NCBI RefSeq assembly: GCF_006345805.1
Contig: NC_042999.1
Location: forward strand, 5,890,001 to 5,954,000
Length of the DNA stretch: 64,000 nucleotides
Reading direction: 5' to 3'
From: Octopus sinensis
Taxonomy: Eukaryota
Shown here: positions 27,186 to 39,321 of the stretch, piece after piece
How the letters are laid out: every line of letters starts with the position of its first letter
Position numbering within the stretch: the stretch's first letter is position 1
Made by a program: the position numbers and the translations under genes
The notes under the pieces: model-generated
The model's input: the letters and a program-made list of their open reading frames with translations, nothing else
Told to the model about the DNA's origin: nothing
Databases searched by the model: none

Positions 27186-27587
27186 TCTTTATATATAAAA
27201 GAGAGGTTGTGTGCTGTCTGTCTCCTACGATTTAGATTCCTAACTACTCCCACATTTTGCGGTGCAGTTTACCAAAAACCGGTATCTTATAGTCGTGATT
27301 CATATCGAGCCCTTCTGGGTATTAGCGCGCGTTACGATGAGTCTACGATTAAAAAAAAATTTACCATCAAATTTTTCCCCATTTTAATGCATTTTTTGGC
27401 ATATATAAGGAAGAGTAACTCTCTAAAAATTTATTATTAAATCTATCAGAACGTAAAAAGCTACAGTAAAAACCCCCCCCCCTTTGTGGTTAACCATATT
27501 GAGATGGCTATTATATTTTACATCTCTAAAAATGCTTATATAGTTATTTCCCTTACAAACCCGAGCAACGCCGGGCGATACTGCTAG
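27186..27587 (+). mobile_element. Non-autonomous Helitron-like element
   Basis: a|TCTTTATATATAAA start, GC-rich subterminal hairpin cccgagcaacgccggg, CTAG|t end. Confidence 0.72.
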
Positions 27588-27589
27588 TA

Positions 27590-27765
27590 ATTAATAAATA
27601 AATTTGGCAAAATTTCACCGTTTTCCCCTTTTCTTCGAGCTTCCTTCATTTCTTCACCACAACCATGACATGGTGCCACATTTTCTTCATCACCTAAAAG
27701 GCCTTTTCTTCGTAAAAATGCCACTGCCTTCGTCTCGTTGCTGTAAAAATTGTTAGCCAACATCT
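27590..27765 (-). mobile_element. Merlin/IS1595-like transposase N-terminal remnant
   Basis: MLANNFYSNETKAVAFLRRKGLLGDEENVAPCHGCGEEMK has a CxxC zinc ribbon like Merlin N-termini. Confidence 0.55.
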
Positions 27766-28102
27766 TAAGGATCTTTAGAGATTGAAAAATAAACCTAAAA
27801 TAATCGCCCCTTTAGTAGTAGATCACACGCCAAAGTGGCACCTGGAATTCTTTATAATATATAATGTTGCAGAAATTTAGTAAATTCTTAATAACGTTTG
27901 TGTTTTATTATCTCTTGAAATACATTTTTCTATTTTTCGATTTCAGTTACCTCTGACAAGGGAATGACCTTCATGGAAACCGCAGATGGTAAGAAATCGG
28001 ACGTGGTGTCTCGCAATGCTGATAACACGGAATCGGCGTCTCTTTAATTTACGAACTTTTGTGGTTCATTCCACTCTTCCAAATTTTCAATATTGCAGAC
28101 GT

Positions 28103-28232
<130 letters not shown>

Positions 28233-28344
28233 TACACCATTTAGTGGTCAGCCAAATATTTCATATTGCTTATTTTTTTTTACCAAAGAGTTAGAAAGGT
28301 CTATATTTTTACGGTACAACTAACTGCACATATATGCAATATTA

Positions 28345-28401
28345 AGTATATCTATATATGCATATACATATACATACATACATACATACATAATACATAC
28401 A

Positions 28402-28432
<31 letters not shown>

Positions 28433-28448
28433 TATACATATATACATC

Positions 28449-28518
<70 letters not shown>

Positions 28519-28592
28519 TAGATCGATAGGTATGAATGTCTGTAGTGTATATTAATGTAGATATATACTACACATGTATGTATGTATATATT
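28345..28592. repeat. (TA)n/(TACA)n microsatellite
   Basis: Directly visible. Confidence 0.93.
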
Positions 28593-29519
28593 CATCAACC
28601 GCTGAAAAAGTCAACTCAAACAGTATTTACGCCGCGTCACTCTGCAGAATAGTTGTCATCGTTGTTGAGATTTGACCGATTCTGGCAACTGTTTTCTAAT
28701 ACTGTCAGCCATTGTAATTCCTTTTCTCCGGAGACTATTTGTTGCAGACCGATAATTTCTAAACATAACTGTACCTTGGTCCTAAACATCCCATCGATCT
28801 TTCTATTTAAGAGAGGCATGTTAATATTTTTTCTGCGAAAAGAAGTAAAAAAAGTATTTGGAAAAAGGTTTTAATGTGATCGAATTATAAATTAATAAAA
28901 TCTTTTAAAAATATTTTGTGAGTCGTTTATATTACAATTTCGTATTTGAATTTGAAAATACAGTTAAAATAGAGCAAAACTCCCATGTACTAAGAAGACC
29001 ACGGATTTTCACAATAAACTGTTTCCGTAAGCAATTGCCGTTGTTGGGAGAGGCATGAATGTCACAACCTCTTGGATAAAAGTAGTCAAAAAAATTAACG
29101 AAACTCTTATAATGCATCAAAACGTTCCAGTAACACATGAAAATTGCACCAATTTGCTCGAAGCATTGTGATGTGCGTATCTGATATGTTTTTAAAAAGC
29201 CTCTGAACAATGTTGATACCAAATTAAGCAGAATATTACGGTGATGTCAATAATGAAAGACAAAGAGAAAGCTTTTGAATTACCTCATAAAGGTAATTTA
29301 ATGATTCTATAATATTTCGGGAAAGATTCCCCTTATCAAATATAAGAAAGAAAATATTCCAAAAATGCGGGGGGAAAGTGTTGTTGCCATTCTAGTGTGC
29401 GAGTCTAGATTGTTGTCAACAAGCTTGACTCAATAATATCTTTGAAAAAGACATGAATACCACAAAAATCATTTCTCCATAACACACACACACACACACA
29501 ATCTTAAATATAATATATA

Positions 29520-30151
29520 TGATCCTGTAATGTGGAACATAAGTGTAAGACTAAAAATATAATATATAGATGTAACGTTATATCTGAGGGTCAGGAATAC
29601 TTTTACATCGGTGGGACATCATTAATTTTTAAGGGGAGACTGGCAAATCATTTGCATTCATTTAGAGATAAACATGAAAGATTCCAAACAAGTTTTAGTA
29701 AATTAATCTGGTCTATCAAAGACAGAAACAAAGAATTGGCAATTAATTTGTACTTCAAAATCATACAGACCTGGAACCAAAATATGTGACCCATGTTCGG
29801 AAGAATTTTACCAGATTTTTATAACCAAAGGTAATGTAATAAATTCTAGACAAAGAGGCTTTGAGATGCTTGCACACGAGGAAATAATAGGCATTTATAC
29901 AACGGAGTGGTTTGAAACAATGGACTATAAGTGATTATCCAATTAAAACTTGAAATGGAGATCGTTCGCGTATAGCTTAATGAACAACTGTACATCAAAC
30001 AGCGCAAAGTAGATAAGCGAAAAACTTTAAACAGATAAATCGAAGGATATTATGTAAAGACCTTGAAGAAACTGCACCGGTTTTATGGTAGGGTTGCAAT
30101 TGCATCGGTTACTAATCTTTACAGTTGAAACATGTGTAGGTCTGTGTAAAG

Positions 30152-30155
<4 letters not shown>
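29520..30155 (+). mobile_element. Penelope-like element 3' remnant (GIY-YIG endonuclease fragment plus pLTR)
   Basis: CKTKNIIYRCNV..FYIGGTS..FKGRLANH..SF is a GIY-YIG signature; the element ends in (TA)n. Confidence 0.8.
30058..30143 (+). ncRNA. Type I hammerhead ribozyme-like motif
   Basis: AGACC UUGAAGA AACUG..CAGUU GAAA CAUGUG UA GGUCU. Stems I and II pair perfectly; predicted cut after 30138. Confidence 0.72.
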
Positions 30156-30205
<50 letters not shown>

Positions 30206-30364
30206 GGTAATGCTATGCAACTTCGTAATAATCATTATTTGTATCATTATTATTGTTGATATATATATATGCGCACACTTATATTATACTAAGTAATAAT
30301 ATAATAACAACAACAGCAAGAAGAAGAAGAACAACAACAACAACAATAACAATAATAATAATAA

Positions 30365-31010
30365 TATATTCACTGGGTAATTTGCAAAAACCTAGACTTG
30401 CTCCATGAAAAAAACAAGTGGGAACACAAACCACCTCCAGTGCTTGAAAATGACCACATCTCACTCCTCTGGAACTTCACCATTCAAACTGACAGAAAGA
30501 TAGATGCAAATAGGCCAGACATCATATTGAAAGACTTCAAACAAAGAACATGCCTCCTCATTGATATGACTGTCCCAATCGATATAAACGTATCTGTCAA
30601 GACCTACCAAAAACTGAGCCAATATAAAGATCTTGAAATAGAAATCAGCAAAATGTGGAACCTGAATACTAAAACAATACCTGTTGTCATAGGTGCCCTG
30701 GGAATGATAGCAAAAGGGGATGATTGCTACCTAACTCAGATACCAGGAAACCCAAAAATGGCAGAAATTCAAAAGATAGTGCTCATGGGAAACTGCTCAT
30801 ATCCTACGCAAAATACTTTCTATGTAATCTCAAGGTTTAAAACAAACAATTTTCGTATAGTTTTTTAGACATTCACTAGTACAATACTAAGTACAAAACC
30901 AAATATATGGCACCCTAGGCATAACACCAGCATGAACTTCCAACTTGTTGTCTCTTGAGGTCTCTGGGTGAGACTTGGAGCCAACTTGTACAAATGTAAA
31001 GCAAAATTCA
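30365..31010 (+). mobile_element. R4/Dong-like non-LTR retrotransposon 3' end (restriction-like endonuclease)
   Basis: LLWNFTIQTDRKIDANRPDII...IDMTVP...K..Y.DL...IPVVIGALG; flanked by (TAA)n. Confidence 0.85.
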
Positions 31011-31041
31011 AACATATAATAATAATATAATAATAATAATA

Positions 31042-31078
<37 letters not shown>

Positions 31079-31079
31079 C

Positions 31080-31354
31080 TAGAATGTGGAATCTGAAAAC
31101 ATAAACAATTCCTATCATAGTAGGTGCATTAGGCATGATAAAAAAATATTCAGACAAATACATAACAAAAACACCAGGACTTACAAACACATATAACATA
31201 CAGAAAATTGCACTACTAGGCACTGCACACATCCTACGCAGAACACTTTCCATACAATAACCATCAGAGCATCACAACAAATCACAGCACATACCCAAGG
31301 CACACAGAGCTGCGCTCGGTAGTGAAGTGAAAGCACGCTATAAAAATAAAACTA

Positions 31355-31392
<38 letters not shown>
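31080..31392 (+). mobile_element. Second R4/Dong-like 3' fragment
   Basis: MWNLKT*TIPIIVGALGMIKK...IQKIALLGTAHILRRTL between (TAA)n runs. Confidence 0.8.
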
Positions 31393-31394
<2 letters not shown>

Positions 31395-33163
31395 TCTTTT
31401 ATCGGCCACAAGGGCTTACATAAAGTTACATGAAGACCATCAAAACCTTGTGATCTGCCCCTCGCGCAGTCCTTCATCGCCTCCTGTATTTCCGCGGCTG
31501 TTGTTGGCTTTTCGCAGTACTCCACCTCACTGGTCGAGGGTCGCGGCAGGCCGTCCAGGAAGACACCGAAGTCTGCCCTGCTATCCGTCCTACCACTCGT
31601 CCTAAACAGTCGAGCAAAGTACTACTGAAATGCCGCACACATCTGCTTCGGTTCTAGTCCACCAAAGACCGAATGGTGGCTTTATTGCCACGTTTTGCCT
31701 CCGCCACTCGGGCCCATCGAGTGGCTTTTGTTCTCGCTTAGTGAACGTGTCTTATCTCTGACAACACAGCCTTCGTGTTTGGCGTTGAAAAATTGGTCGA
31801 GGGCCAACCTTGCCGCCAACACGTCGCTTGCAATGCCTTTCCTAAGTGCCTCATCTAACTTTTTAACTAAATATCCCTCTGTTATATTTCTTTCTATCGC
31901 TAACGCCTAATGGATTCTACTCAAATTGCCCTTTTAAGAGCTAACCACCAGTTGTTACTGACGATTGCCCCCGTCAACGCCCTCTTAACTAATACGCTAA
32001 TCTGGTCTCTGTAAGCTTGGAACGCCACTAGCGACGTGTTCAGCTTCCAGTAACCGGGGCCCTGTCCACTAAGCCTATCTAGATCGACTGTACATATCAC
32101 GAATTTGTGGTCTGTGTAGCCGACCATGTGAAAATGTGGACAAAGTATACTATCCTTATCCGCTGGCCTACAGAAAGCTCAGTATAAATACGATCTACAT
32201 GACACAATGCGATTTGTCCAAGGCCACAATGGCACATTCGGGTAATCAAGTCGGTACCGTCAGACAGTTGAAAACTTCTGAGCAGGTTTTGGGGGTCATT
32301 TGCACCCGCCTCTCCTATCAGATAGCCCCATCCAATCGAAACGTCCAAGACAGCGTTTCCAGTCCCCTATTAACACTAAGGTTTGAGACGTTCCCAGGAA
32401 AACCTCCAGACACTTGAAGTAAGCCGGACGGCCTGCCCCTGTCGGAGCATAGGCAGCCACCAGTCTGAAGGCACCGCCATCGCTGCTGTTCACATCCAGG
32501 ACCACCAACTTACCTTCTGGATCCAGGAAGATTGTCTTTATTTTCAAATGCAGACCTCTTCGGAAAAGCACTGCAGTACCACCACCGCCCCTCCCAGCCG
32601 ACACGGAGATAAGTAGATCTAGTATCCAGCAAAGAGAAGCATGAAGGCCTACGGGTCGGAGAGTCTATATTCACTAATGGCTGCTAAATCTACAGTGTAG
32701 ACTCTACACTAAAGGACCTCAAGTCGTTTAAAAGGTGGCCTTGTTTCCAAGGTGACCCGAGGCCCCTGACATTTATACAACCAATTTTGAGCACGATCAT
32801 GTTAAAAATAATAAATATTTAAAAAGGAGAAGAATGCTTCTTACCGTTTTTGACTGGTGGACCGCCCCACCCCTTATTTCTTGGTGTCAGTGTTTCCACG
32901 AAACGACCCAACAGCTTCAGGAAAGTTTGTTTTTAATGTGTTGTATGTGTGGTGGCGGTGCGCTGTGTGTCGGGAAGACCAAAGTCTTCCATTTTGGTGC
33001 CTGTGGTGTTCCTTAAGTGTGTAACAAGATGTATATTGTCTGTGTTTATGGCTGTCAAGTTGGTGGTGCTTGCGGAGTCTGCCTGTATTGTAATTTATGT
33101 TGGTGTTTGTGTTTTAGGTGGTAGTACTGGTGGAAGTGGTGTTGTTGGCGGTGGTGGTGTTTG

Positions 33164-33205
<42 letters not shown>

Positions 33206-34523
33206 CTGCTGTCGGGAGGGTCAGCTTGTTCTTCAATAATAGTTCTTCAATTCTTTTTTTTCTTCTCATTTTTGGGGGCACTGTGTACCACTAACCCTCC
33301 CCCCACCCTCGACCTCAGTACTTGAGCAGTCCGAGTTGTATGGGTCGGAAAGGGGAATGTTTTGTGGGTCTGGACTTGTTGTGGGGTTTCATTTGTTGTT
33401 AGTACTGCTGTTGGTGGTGGTGGTGATAATAGTCCCCTGGTTTTTGTGTTGAAACCTCACTGACGGCTGGAGGCAGCAACACTGGTGGTGGTGGTGGTGG
33501 TGGTGGTGGTGGTGGTGGTGTGGTGGTTGAGTGGTGGTGATGGCGCCAGTGCTGCCCTTGGTGCAGCGACCGCTGGTCTTTGCTGCTGCTGCTTGTTTGT
33601 TTGTTGAGAGAAGTGGTTTCGTCCCAGTGGGAGGAGTCCGAAACGTGGTCCTTTGCTATTCGTAAGACCCGCAGAAGAGAAAGCAGGTCAACCCCTGACA
33701 CCGAGAGCATCGACGGATGGATGAATGCGCATCCAGGCTCAGCGGTTGCGTAGGAAGTCGGGGACAAGAAACAGGAAGAAAGAGTGAGAGAAAGTTGGGG
33801 CGAAAGAGTACAACAGGGGTCGCCACCACCTCCTGCCGGAGCCTCGTGGAGCTTTAGGTGTTTTCGCTAAATAAACACACACAACGCCCGGTCTGGGAAT
33901 CGAAACCGCGATCCTCTGACCGCGAGTCCGCTGCCCTAACCACTGGGTCATTGCGCCTCCTGCTGCTCCTATTGTTGCTGTTTCTGCGCTGGAGGTGACA
34001 CTGATACTAGTGTTGGTAGTAGTGCTGGCTGTTCCTCCCCTCTCTTTCTGGGGCAAGAGACCTTGAGGTCGCTCTTGTCAGCACAGAGGTAACACCTCGG
34101 CTTCCTGTCCTCTACGGTCACGTGTACTTTCGTGCCGTCCGGCAAACTGATCGAGCCGGGGATGAGCTCTACACTCCCTTCTTCCACTTGGATTAAGAGC
34201 TCCATTCCCTGACCCGACCAATTTTGTTGATGCAGCTTGTGCACCTCCAATATTGTGCTGGTGTCCCCTATGTCTAGGAGGACTCCCGCCACCAGCCAGC
34301 AAATATTTATTTCTGAGGGTACCTTCTCAATTTTTATTTTTGTTTCGCGCCGACCCAGGTACGTCGGCACGAGTAAAAAGTTTTCACCTTTATAGTGGCA
34401 CTGTGGAATGGTGTCTTACTTCTTGCTGCGTTGCGAAACGCACCTCCACAGTGCCGAAACGTTTTCCTCTTGTTACATAGGTTTTTACATTCCATACAGG
34501 CTTAAGTGTGAGTTCAAGTTGCC

Positions 34524-34564
<41 letters not shown>

Positions 34565-35160
34565 TGGTTATGCTTTTTTTTGTTTTGCTTTGTTTGTGTC
34601 TCTAATTATATCATTTGGTTCATTTAATGCTACATTGTTTCCGTTTTTCGTTATTAGTCATTTTCGGCTTTAATGGCTTCCAACGTGACATTTAGTTTTT
34701 TCCTTAATTTGCCTCGCTGCCGAGGCAAAACCATTGACGCTTGGCTTCTTGCTGCTGTTGTTCGTGTTTGTGGTAGTGGCGGTGGCAATGTCAGTGCCAT
34801 TCTTTCCTTCCTGCTTTCTGTCTTCTTTCCTCTCTTCCTCCTTCTCTTGTGCAGATACAATGGTGGTAATGAGGCCGAGGAAATCTTCGTTGAACTGACT
34901 GTTCAACCTCCCGCTCTCACTCCCTCGCTCAGTCGCCATTGTTGGATTTTTTTTTCCGAAAATTTTTCGAAGAAACTTTTCGAAAAAAAGTGTGTATTTA
35001 GTCTCCAAAGGGGGTTTTTTCCAACAAAAATTAGCTCCCAGGAAGTGCAGCCACCTTGGAAACTAAATTCAACAACAAAACAGGAGTTCAACAAATATTT
35101 TACAACAAAACGACAACTACTCACGGGGCTCAAAAAAGCACGTCTTGACACGCCGACAAC
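31393..35160 (-). mobile_element. Tx1/L1-like LINE, decayed, RT domain deleted
   Basis: ORF1 remnant with CYLC knuckle (33969-34370). APE endonuclease remnants LKIGCINVRGL, GGGGTAVLF, YAP, GDW, DHK and GPGYWKLNTSL (31921-32795). Confidence 0.82.
33675..33960 (-). mobile_element. SINE family D variant nested in the Tx1-like element
   Basis: Family D head with a different tail. Confidence 0.78.
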
Positions 35161-35169
35161 AACACTCGT

Positions 35170-35205
35170 GTTTCTGAAGAAGAGCATTTGCTCAAAATGT
35201 AAAAC
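35170..35205 (+). ncRNA. Decayed minimal hammerhead-like motif
   Basis: GUUU CUGAAGA A GAGC AUUU GCUC aAAA uG UA AAAC. The two deviations from CGAAACG are CpG-type transitions. Confidence 0.5.
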
Positions 35206-35265
35206 CACCTCTTTCCTTCCCTGAGCGTCTGCTAATACTTTACATGTACCACGTCCTCGCGTTAC

Positions 35266-35683
35266 TCTTACTCTCTTTTACTCTTTTACTTGTTTCAGTC
35301 ATTTGACTGTGGTCATGCTGGAGCACCGCCTTTATCGAGCAAATCGACCCCCAGGACTTATTCTTTGTAAGCCTGGTACTTATTCTATCGGTCTCTTTTG
35401 TCGATCAGCTAAGTTACGGGGACGTAAACACACCAGCATCAATTGTCAAGCGATGTTGAGGGACAAACACAGATACACAAACTCACATACATATATATAT
35501 ATATATATACATACGACGGGCTTCTTTCTGTTTCCGTTTACTAAATCCACTCACAAGGCTTTGGTCGACCCGAGGCTATAGTAGAAGACACTTGCCCAAG
35601 GTGCCACGCAGTGGGACTGAACCCGGAACCCGGAACAATTTGGTTCGTAAGCAAGCTACTTACTACACAGCCACTCCTGTGCC
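35266..35683 (-). mobile_element. SINE family B copy
   Basis: Full family B pattern. Confidence 0.86.
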
Positions 35684-35733
35684 TATATGCATTATTTTTT
35701 TTTCGGGTTTGTTCTTCGATTTTTTGGATCTAC

Positions 35734-35805
<72 letters not shown>

Positions 35806-35871
35806 CTTTGAATTTATGTTAAAGAAATAAAAGACAGCTCATTCCTTTCATCTTTATTGTTTCGTCTTTGT

Positions 35872-36260
35872 AAGGCGGCGAACTGGCAGAAACGTTAGCA
35901 CGACGGGCAAAATACTCCTGCCGTTCAAATTCCGCCGAGGTCGACTTTGCCTTTCATCCTTTCGGAGTCGATAAATTAAGTACCAGTTACGCACTGGCAT
36001 CGATGTAATCGACTTAATCCCTTTGTATATCCTTGTTTGTCCCCTCTATTTTTAGAAAGATTAGCACGCCGGGCGAAATGCTTAACAGTATTTCGTCTGC
36101 CGCTACGTTTTGGGTTCAAATTTCGCCGAGGTTGACTTTGCCTTTCATCCTTTCGGGGGTCGATAAATTAAGTACCAGTTGCGTACTGGGGTCGATCTAA
36201 TCGACCATCCCCCTTCCCAAAAAATTTGGGCCTTGTGCCTAGAGTAGAAAAGATTATTAT
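35872..36260 (+). mobile_element. SINE family C tandem copy
   Basis: aaggcggcgaactggcagaaacgttagcac head; body occurs twice. Confidence 0.83.
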
Positions 36261-37455
36261 TTCGTCTTTGTCTCATTGACGCAAATTACTGACGTTGTCA
36301 AATATTGATTTGTCACATTAGGACAAGACTACGCCTTAACTGGGAAGAGATATGACCGACGGATTTTCCCAGGTTTGAAAATGTGTGTAATTATCTCAGA
36401 ATCTAATGCCAAATGAAGTCAGAATTATAGAATCTGAAGAGACCCAAATAATGGTTCTAGGAAATCAAAGAGTCGATGAGAAAAAAGATAGTTAATCGTT
36501 TATTTCAAGAATTGAAAATGTGCAAAAATCGTTAAAGTGGAATATCCATGGTATTTTAACTCACTCATATATATCCGCTGAAGGTTATTTCACATAGGAA
36601 TAGTATTCTTACCTATAAACCATTTAGAATCATTGACATTTCATCTCGGGATTAGAGGTAAAGAATTGAATAAAATAATAGCACCATGCCAGTTCGGTTT
36701 GAACAGAATTATGATCAAAGACATCAGCCTGTTCTGCCAGTTATGTCTTCTTTTTATTCGGTAATAGTGTACCCAGAGACCACATTCTCTAGTGTACCTT
36801 TCCTTTTTTAAGTTTGTAGAATATCATGGTAGCTATTTCTAACAAGTCAAGCGACTATAGAGAGTATCCTTTGATGGATGGATGTAAGGGACTTCGAGAG
36901 AAAATCAATTCCTGAATATTTTTTCTTGTTGCTTTCAACATTAAATGTGGTCAAATGATTTATTAACAAGATAATGGCTTCATGACAAATTTTCTATGAT
37001 TAATTAAGAAATTAATAATAGCAATTAATTTCGTAGATCGACAACAATCAACTTTGCAATTATCCAAGATGTTCGATTGGTAGAACAAAATAAATTTATA
37101 GCATATTCTACAAACTTACAAATTCTTGGGTATTTTATTAAACTAAAATTAAATTGTATTTCTTCAATCAAATTTACAGTAATTAATTCTCAAGAATCTG
37201 CTGAACGGAAAGTAAATCTCCAACAGAATATTACACCATACTTTCATCAATTACATTTAAAAGAATTTGTAATGAAATAACCGAAGATGTTCCCTTTGAC
37301 AATACAAAATCACAGATATTTATGAATTCATAATGAATTACTGATAACAAATTGTGATAAATTATGCATAAAATATAAAAGTTTCGTGACAAGGAAATCA
37401 TAAATAAAAATGGTTTTAGTTCAGTTTTAAAGAAATATATTTTGTCTGTTATGAA

Positions 37456-37524
37456 TCATGTTTCCTTTTGGTTGTTTATTGTGCTCCATACACATATGTA
37501 AGTGGAAGATACAATAAGCAAGGT
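37456..37524 (-). CDS. Tetraspanin gene 2, terminal coding exon (TLLIVSSTYICVWSTINNQKET*)
   Basis: tttttctttcag acceptor; completes TM4 with a juxtamembrane Cys; TGA at 37458-37456. Total CDS 696 nt = 231 aa. Confidence 0.83.
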   Translation of the reverse strand, partial: TLLIVSSTYICVWSTINNQKET

Positions 37525-38477
37525 CTGAAAGAAAAATAGAAATCAATAACTTAATTTGTTGGTTCAAGAAATGGAAATTAAATTTTAAGACGTTTTGACA
37601 AATTGGACAAACCAGCTCTTAGCTAGAGTTATAGCAATGTAGGGTGCCCTGGTACCCTGGTGGATGAACGCTTTCTGATACTGTGATTATAAACTGAGAT
37701 TATTAACGAGCCTGTATATATTATAGCTCAAACCATATAGGTCCTCTTCCTGCTTAATCTTAATTGTCAGCCAAAACCATACAGATGCTCACCCTGTGTT
37801 TAAAAACACCTGTATCGAGGTTTCTGCTGTGTTTTGAACCATCGCTTTCAGATTTCTCCGGCTCAGGACAATAACCTACAGTTTTGCCATAAAAGCCATT
37901 AACGCTACATGACTCAACCAATCGACACTGGCTGACTTGTTATGGTTGATGCGGCAAACTTCAAGGAAATGTGCGAGTTTTTCCACCAAATAATTTGGTC
38001 GAAGGTTCTAGAAAATTTGGCTTACAGTTATAAAAGGTTGGCAAATTCAACCTCAGACTAGAGAGACTTATTCCATACAAAACTATATCGCTTTGCCCAG
38101 TGCTCTTGTCCAATCACACCCACCTTACTTACGTACGGTAGTTTTAACTCTTTCTATTTATTTCATCTTTAATCACTATAACCTACATTCAAAATAATAT
38201 CTAACATGTATTACAGAAGAGTCCTCACTATCATGTGCGCCGTTCCGTTAAATCAATTATATGTACACAGGCAAATATAAACCTAATATTGTATAACACT
38301 AAACGAAAAATGTAGGACTATACACTACTCTGAACACTCCAAATACAAACTAACACATCGGACATTATCATTGCAATGTCCACCAAAGTTTGTCAAAACG
38401 TTCGTTCAAACTTCGTACAATGTCATCATACATATAAACAACACCACTTCTAAATAAAACAATAATCATATTATATA

Positions 38478-38868
38478 CTAGCAGTATAGCCCGGCGTTGC
38501 TCGGGTTTGTTTCGACCCTTTACAATTGGAAGTTTTAAAAAGTAAAAATGCTGCATTATGTAGCTTGTTATTCTCTTTAAGTGAACATTTTTCTGGTTGA
38601 AATACACCAAAAATGGCCACACAGCAGTAAAAAATCGTAAAAAATAGGGATTTTCATAGAAAAAAAAGCACCTTTTTGATGTAAATAATTTTTGGTGTTA
38701 ACATAGTCCGATTTGAATTTTTTCTTCTACGGAAGGAAGAGCAAGCTTTCTTCTATCATGCTCTCAATTTTGGTCAACTTGCGCCGCGGGGTCTCAGAGG
38801 AGATAGTGTTAGTTGAAGGCTACCAAACCTTCCACACACAGACAACTTCAGCTTTGTATATAGAGAGA
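38478..38868 (-). mobile_element. Non-autonomous Helitron-like element
   Basis: Same 3' end as 27186-27587 (cccgagcaacgccgggctatactgctag); TC start. Confidence 0.72.
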
Positions 38869-38880
38869 TTAATCGAAGTG

Positions 38881-39044
38881 GTGTCCTCATCTCGGTTGTT
38901 GATTTCACTACGTTTCAGCTATACACGCTCCGGCGTTCTTCAGGTGTCCTGTGATTCATTTTAGCGTTTCGCCTAGGATCGAACTCAGAGGCTCTAGGTA
39001 ACTGTATTGCATCAACCAGCGTCTTTAACCACTGCGCCATACCC
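38881..39044 (-). mobile_element. tRNA-like head followed by degenerate hammerhead-like motif
   Basis: A box TGGCGCAGTGG and B box GAGTTCGATCC, then CAC CUGAAGA..GAAA CG UA GUG. Related to 7001-7075. Confidence 0.55.
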
Positions 39045-39219
39045 GTTGGTAGTAACAGAGCGAATTTTAGGCTTAAAAACCTTCAATGACGTTTTATGTC
39101 GGCGCTGTACAATTCTATATTTCTGACATGAGGAATTTCCTATCTCAGAAACATTGGAAAGCAGAGATTGTAATTCAAATTAGTTTATTTTACGAGTGAT
39201 AGAAATTAAATGAATTTAC

Positions 39220-39321
39220 CTGGAAAATAGCTGTGATAATTGAAATTACTTTGATCGCAGTGAAACTTCTATTAATGTACTTATCAAGTCTCTCTTTACA
39301 GCCGACCACATTTCCCTCCAT
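39220..39321 (-). CDS. Tetraspanin gene 2, coding exon 6 (MEGNVVGCKERLDKYINRSFTAIKVISIITAIFQ)
   Basis: atatag acceptor, CAG|gtaaat donor, 102 nt. GC motif before TM4; TM4 Q at the exon end. Confidence 0.88.

Noticed and set aside
28620-29300. Short ORFs as possible exons of gene 1
   Set aside because: No CCG, GC or TM pattern and no convincing splice pair.
36430-36470. CUGAAGA...GAAA at 36434 as a hammerhead
   Set aside because: No clean stem II closure or stem I partner.
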